Assembly (NCBI GenBank): GCA_051382335.1 | Contig: JBBCAX010000087.1 | Coordinates: 1 to 64,000, forward strand | DNA: 64,000 nt | Direction: 5' to 3' | Origin: Deltaproteobacteria bacterium TL4 | Lineage (GTDB): Bacteria; SAR324; NAC60-12 | Translations under genes and position numbers: made by a program | The notes under the pieces: model-generated | What the model was told of the DNA's origin: nothing | What the model saw: the letters and a program-made list of their open reading frames with translations, nothing else | Database searches by the model: none | Shown: positions 59,979 through 64,000 of the stretch, piece by piece | How positions within the stretch are numbered: position 1 is the stretch's first letter | Layout of the letters: every line of letters starts with the position of its first letter

Positions 59979-60133
59979 GTGGCGAATTATGGTGATTTGT
60001 TTCTACGGACGCTCCTGGTTCTCCACCATGAAACCCCACTCTCACAGAGGTTCCATCTGCAAGCGTCAAAACGTCTTTACTTAATCCGACACGGACACAC
60101 CTTTGATCCAAGCCGGACTCCTTATGGAACCCC
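59979..60133 (-). ncRNA. Candidate structured RNA upstream of polA (unassigned)
   Basis: Two adjacent long stems, both starting GGGGTTYCAT on the minus strand, whose mismatches are G-U compatible only on that strand. Confidence 0.3.
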
Positions 60134-60195
60134 TTAAAAGTTTAGCTTCACCCTTGAAGCGCTCTTGTTTTTAACCTTTGAAATTCGATCTGATC

Positions 60196-60912
60196 ATGAG
60201 TTATCAATTACCTCAACCTGAAGAAAAAGCCCGTTACGTCCAAAGCAAATTTGATGAAATCGCGCCAAAATATGATGTGTATAATGACGTCATCACCTTT
60301 GGGATGCACCGATACTGGAAAAAATTTTTAGTGAGACGACTGGGTCTGGGGAGGGAGCCTCAATGCTTGGATCTTTGTTGTGGTACGGCTGATCTTTCGA
60401 AAGAACTGCTTAAGACTTATTCTTCAGCAGAAGTCATCGCGTTGGATTTTTCTCAGGAAATGCTGAAAGTTGCCCAAAAGCGATTCCAAGCTCTGGACCA
60501 GAACTGCTTTTTGGTTCAGGGAAACGCAATGGAAATTCCCTTTTCAGATAAGACCTTTGACGCAGTAACCATTGGGTTTGGCTTAAGGAATGTCGCCGAT
60601 CTTCAGACGTGCTTGCTTGAAATAGTAAGGGTCCTGAAACCCGGAGGTGTCTTTGCCTGTCTGGATGTGGGGAAAGTGAATATTCCTTTGATTTCGGCAA
60701 TGCATCATTTTTTCTTCTTTTTTATTGTGCCCTGGATCGGAAAATGCCTTTACCCTGGACAGGAGATGTTTGACTACTTACCCCACTCGTCCACAGACTA
60801 TCCCAATCAGGAACGCTTAAAACGTTTGATGTTAGGGGCTGGTTTTAAACAAGTTGATGTCTATAATTTTATGTTTGGAGCATCCGCCCTTCACCTCGGT
60901 TATTGCCCTTAG
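60196..60912 (+). CDS. ubiE: UbiE/MenG family methyltransferase
   Basis: FDEIAPKYD..ND...G.HRYWK, LDLCCGTAD, FGLRNV and RVLKPGG motifs. ATG at 60196 assumed. Confidence 0.9.
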   Translation: MSYQLPQPEEKARYVQSKFDEIAPKYDVYNDVITFGMHRYWKKFLVRRLGLGREPQCLDLCCGTADLSKELLKTYSSAEVIALDFSQEMLKVAQKRFQALDQNCFLVQGNAMEIPFSDKTFDAVTIGFGLRNVADLQTCLLEIVRVLKPGGVFACLDVGKVNIPLISAMHHFFFFFIVPWIGKCLYPGQEMFDYLPHSSTDYPNQERLKRLMLGAGFKQVDVYNFMFGASALHLGYCP

Positions 60913-61058
60913 GAATTGTTTGAGGTTGCGGTTACAGCGCTTTTTTTGTGGCACGCGCGCCAGGGTCTTCTCAGAAGTCCTTGAATATTTTGACGAGTCC
61001 TGTATAAATTGAAAAACTGATGGTTCCAATTTTACAAAAATACTTATGAAAATGAAAT

Positions 61059-61604
61059 ATGCAATATAGTGAGAAAGAGCATTGGTATGTCCTTCGTGTT
61101 CGTTCAAAATTCAACCAATTGGCGGAACGTTCATTAATTAATAAGCAGTTTTCGGTACTCAATCCGACCTATCAGGAGTGGAGTCAACGTAAAGATCGCA
61201 GAAAACTTCTCACCAAGCCTATTTTCAATGGGTACATGTTTGTCCAAACAGTCCTCAACCCGGAATCCCATCTGGAAATCTTGAAAACCTACGGGATCAT
61301 CGAGTTGATCAAAACCAGTAGCGCTCCGGTTCTTGTTCCAGATGAACAAATTCAGAATATCTGTCTACTCGAAAAACACATAGGACAATGTATTTATACT
61401 CCGGTGTATGCTGTAGGTGATTTAGTCACTATTACTCAGGGACCGCTAAAAGGTCTGGTCGGACGCATTGACCGGGTCAATCGAGGACTGCTGCGCATCT
61501 CAGTCGATGCTGTCCCGGGGTCTGTGGCCATTGAAGTCTCTCCTGAAGAAGTAGAACTCCTTAAAAAAGACACACTCTATAAGACGGTCAGCAGCAGAGC
61601 CTAG
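61059..61604 (+). CDS. NusG-paralogue transcription antiterminator (UpxY/RfaH-like)
   Basis: WYVL, WSQRKDRRK...PIFNGYMFV NGN domain and KOW motif GDLVTITQGPLKG. Confidence 0.88.
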   Translation: MQYSEKEHWYVLRVRSKFNQLAERSLINKQFSVLNPTYQEWSQRKDRRKLLTKPIFNGYMFVQTVLNPESHLEILKTYGIIELIKTSSAPVLVPDEQIQNICLLEKHIGQCIYTPVYAVGDLVTITQGPLKGLVGRIDRVNRGLLRISVDAVPGSVAIEVSPEEVELLKKDTLYKTVSSRA

Positions 61605-61674
61605 TCTCGTTTTTCGGATGCACTGAGGCTTAGTCCGACCGACAATAGTTAAAAAACAGGATGAGTTATAAAAA

Positions 61675-62382
61675 ATGAGAATTGGAGCGATTATCCAAGC
61701 ACGTATGAGTTCTCAGCGCCTTCCGGGAAAAGTGCTTCAACTTGTGGAAGGTGCCCCTCTTCTTGCTTTTTTAATAGAACGTCTCAAACGCTGCCCATCA
61801 ATTGACGAATATCTGATTGCAACCTCTTCAGAACCTGAGGATACGCCCCTTGTTGAATTCTGCAAACGGCAAAATATTCCCTGTTTTCAAGGGAACTTAC
61901 AAAACGTCGCCTCCAGATTTTTTGAAATTTCAAAAAATAAACCATGGGTTGCGTTTGCCAGAATTTGTGGAGACAGCCCCTTAATTCATCCCGCTGTCAT
62001 AGAAACCGCACTCCAATTATTTAGAAATGAAAAACCTGATCTGGTCACTAATGTCCACCCTCGCTCTTTTCCGATTGGGCAATCGATAGAAGTTCTAAAA
62101 ACAGAAACCTTTCTTAGCTCATTTCCTCTCATGAAAGAGGCTGAAGATTTGGAGCATGTTACACGATATTATTATCAAAACCCCAAAGGCTTCAACATCC
62201 TTAACTTTTCACATCAAAGAGACCATTCCCAATTCAGCTTGGCCGTTGATACGCCAGAAGATCTGAAACTCTTGAAAATTCTCATCCAACGCATGAAAAA
62301 ACCTCAGGATCAATACTCCCTTGAGGAGTTAATTCAAATGAAGCAAGAAGTGTTAAAGGAGCGTGTTGAGCAAGGTCATTAA
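61675..62382 (+). CDS. SpsF-like cytidylyltransferase
   Basis: IIQARMSSQRLPGKVL, RICGDSP, EHVT and VDTPED motifs. Confidence 0.88.
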   Translation: MRIGAIIQARMSSQRLPGKVLQLVEGAPLLAFLIERLKRCPSIDEYLIATSSEPEDTPLVEFCKRQNIPCFQGNLQNVASRFFEISKNKPWVAFARICGDSPLIHPAVIETALQLFRNEKPDLVTNVHPRSFPIGQSIEVLKTETFLSSFPLMKEAEDLEHVTRYYYQNPKGFNILNFSHQRDHSQFSLAVDTPEDLKLLKILIQRMKKPQDQYSLEELIQMKQEVLKERVEQGH

Positions 62383-63373
62383 CGCGGGCGTCATTGGTTT
62401 AGGCGTAGGAGAAAAACATATTGAAGGTTACAATCATCACCCCCATTGCCGGGTGGTCTCGATTTGTGATTTCGATGAAGATAAACTTAAAGAGGTCGGC
62501 CAGCGATACCCTGAGATCAAACGGACCTCCAAGGCCATGGATATTTTGCAGGATCCTCAAATCCATGTAGTTTCCATCGCCTCCTATGACAATTATCATT
62601 ACGAACAGATTGTGGAAGGTTTGAAACACCAAAAACACTTGTTCGTTGAAAAACCTTTGGTATTGTTCGATCATGAAGCCCGTCACATCAGAGGGTTATT
62701 GAATGAGAATCCACACCTTAAATTATCCTCTAATCTCATTTTAAGAAAATCTCCCCGGTTTATCGAATTGCGTGATAAAATTTTAGCAAAGGAGCTGGGG
62801 ACTCTTTTTTATGTTGAGGGGGATTACAATTATGGCCGTATTCATAAATTAACCGAAGGCTGGAGAGGAAAGATCGACTTCTATTCCATTGTCAATGGGG
62901 GAGGAGTACACATCCTTGACTTATTGATGTGGTTGACCGATGATGAGATTGAGGAAGTATGCGCCTTAGGCAACCGGATTTCAACCCAGAACAGTCAGTT
63001 TCGTTACGATGACATGGTCGTCACGTTATTAAGATTCAAAAGTGGAATGACAGGGAAAATGGCCTGTAATTTTGGCTGTATCTACCCTCATTTTCATAAA
63101 TTAACCCTGTATGGCACCAACGCCACCTTTGAAAATGGATTGCCTCATGCCAAATGGTATACGACAAGAGATCCCCAGGTTGCTCCTGTTGATATCACAA
63201 CCCCGTATCCAGGCACCCACAAAGGAGATCTGCTTCATAGTTTTATAGAGGGAGTCCTGAAGGATCAACCTCCTGAGGTCACAAAAGAGGATATTTTTAA
63301 AGCCATGTCCGTTTGTTATTCAGTTGAAAAAGCCTTGAAAGAAAAATCCTTTGTCAAAGTAGATTACCTTTAA
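62363..63373 (+). CDS. Gfo/Idh/MocA family oxidoreductase
   Basis: GVIGLG, HLFVEKP and GVHILD motifs. Confidence 0.9.
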   Translation: MLSKVINAGVIGLGVGEKHIEGYNHHPHCRVVSICDFDEDKLKEVGQRYPEIKRTSKAMDILQDPQIHVVSIASYDNYHYEQIVEGLKHQKHLFVEKPLVLFDHEARHIRGLLNENPHLKLSSNLILRKSPRFIELRDKILAKELGTLFYVEGDYNYGRIHKLTEGWRGKIDFYSIVNGGGVHILDLLMWLTDDEIEEVCALGNRISTQNSQFRYDDMVVTLLRFKSGMTGKMACNFGCIYPHFHKLTLYGTNATFENGLPHAKWYTTRDPQVAPVDITTPYPGTHKGDLLHSFIEGVLKDQPPEVTKEDIFKAMSVCYSVEKALKEKSFVKVDYL

Positions 63374-63398
63374 TCCAGACTCTGTCTAGAAAGTAAAA

Positions 63399-64000
63399 AT
63401 GCGAGAAATACCTTTTGGAAAACCCATCCTTCTTGAAGAAGAAAAAAAAGCGGTCTTGGATACCTTGGACGGTCCGATCTTAGTGCATGGTCCACGATCG
63501 AAGCAATTTGAAGACGATTTCGCGAAATACACGGGGGCACCTTATGCCGTAGCCGTGTCTTCTTGTACCGCGGCCTTGCACCTCAGCTATTTTAACCTGG
63601 GACTTGCCCCGGGCGATGAAGTGATTGTCCCCGCACAGACTCATACGGCGACGGCTCACGCTGTGGAGTACTGTGGTGCCAAACCTGTTTTTGTGGATGC
63701 GGAAAAGAACACGGGAAATATTGATATTGACCAAATTGAGTCGAACCTTACCGAACGGACAAAAGCGATCTCAGTCGTCCATTTTTTAGGCATGCCTGTC
63801 GCCATGGATCGTATCGTAGACCTTGCCAAAAAACAGAAGCTCTTTGTGGTTGAGGATGCGGCACTGGCTGTTGGAACCTATTACAAAGGCCTTCACGCCG
63901 GTTTGCACGGAGATGTCGGTTGTTTTTCCTTCTATCCTGTCAAGCACATGACCACTGCGGAAGGAGGAATGCTGCTTACCAGGAACCAAGAGATCGCGAC
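63399..64000 (+). CDS. DegT/DnrJ/EryC1/StrS aminotransferase (runs off the window end)
   Basis: Read manually from ATG at 63399: MREIPFGKP...SSCTAALHL...GDEVIVP...VVEDAA...FSFYPVKHMTTAEGGM. Confidence 0.93.
   Translation, partial: MREIPFGKPILLEEEKKAVLDTLDGPILVHGPRSKQFEDDFAKYTGAPYAVAVSSCTAALHLSYFNLGLAPGDEVIVPAQTHTATAHAVEYCGAKPVFVDAEKNTGNIDIDQIESNLTERTKAISVVHFLGMPVAMDRIVDLAKKQKLFVVEDAALAVGTYYKGLHAGLHGDVGCFSFYPVKHMTTAEGGMLLTRNQEIA

Noticed and set aside
60949..60964. Sigma54 promoter at TGGCAC
   Set aside because: The -12 position reads CCAG rather than TTGC.

Overview
Bacterial chromosomal segment of roughly 40-45% GC by eye. The gene content suggests a deltaproteobacterium-like or SAR324-like organism, which is an inference only. 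Housekeeping genes include pgk, hisI, lysS, rsmD, nrdJ, gatA, trmB, recX, polA and ubiE/menG. Larger loci are an MlaA-MlaC-MMPL lipid-transport operon, a sigma54 two-component pair followed by a receptor-less chemotaxis cluster, dTDP-sugar genes, and the start of a NusG-paralogue-led sugar-nucleotide locus. Mobile and non-coding DNA: the window opens inside a group IIC intron whose reverse transcriptase ORF is internally deleted; there are several MITE/REP-like nested palindromes (one with an 8-bp target duplication), a truncated IS4 transposase abutting a related MITE, and two candidate structured RNAs. The most unusual proteins are a 2094-aa sensor (three 7TM-type modules, GAF-like domains, kinase, receiver, PP2C), an RCC1 lipoprotein with nested domain insertions, a tandem-NHLP-leader protein paired with a superinfection-immunity-like protein, and a very divergent HisG-like protein. 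No rRNA, tRNA or CRISPR array was seen. All calls come from reading motifs by eye; no database searches were run.
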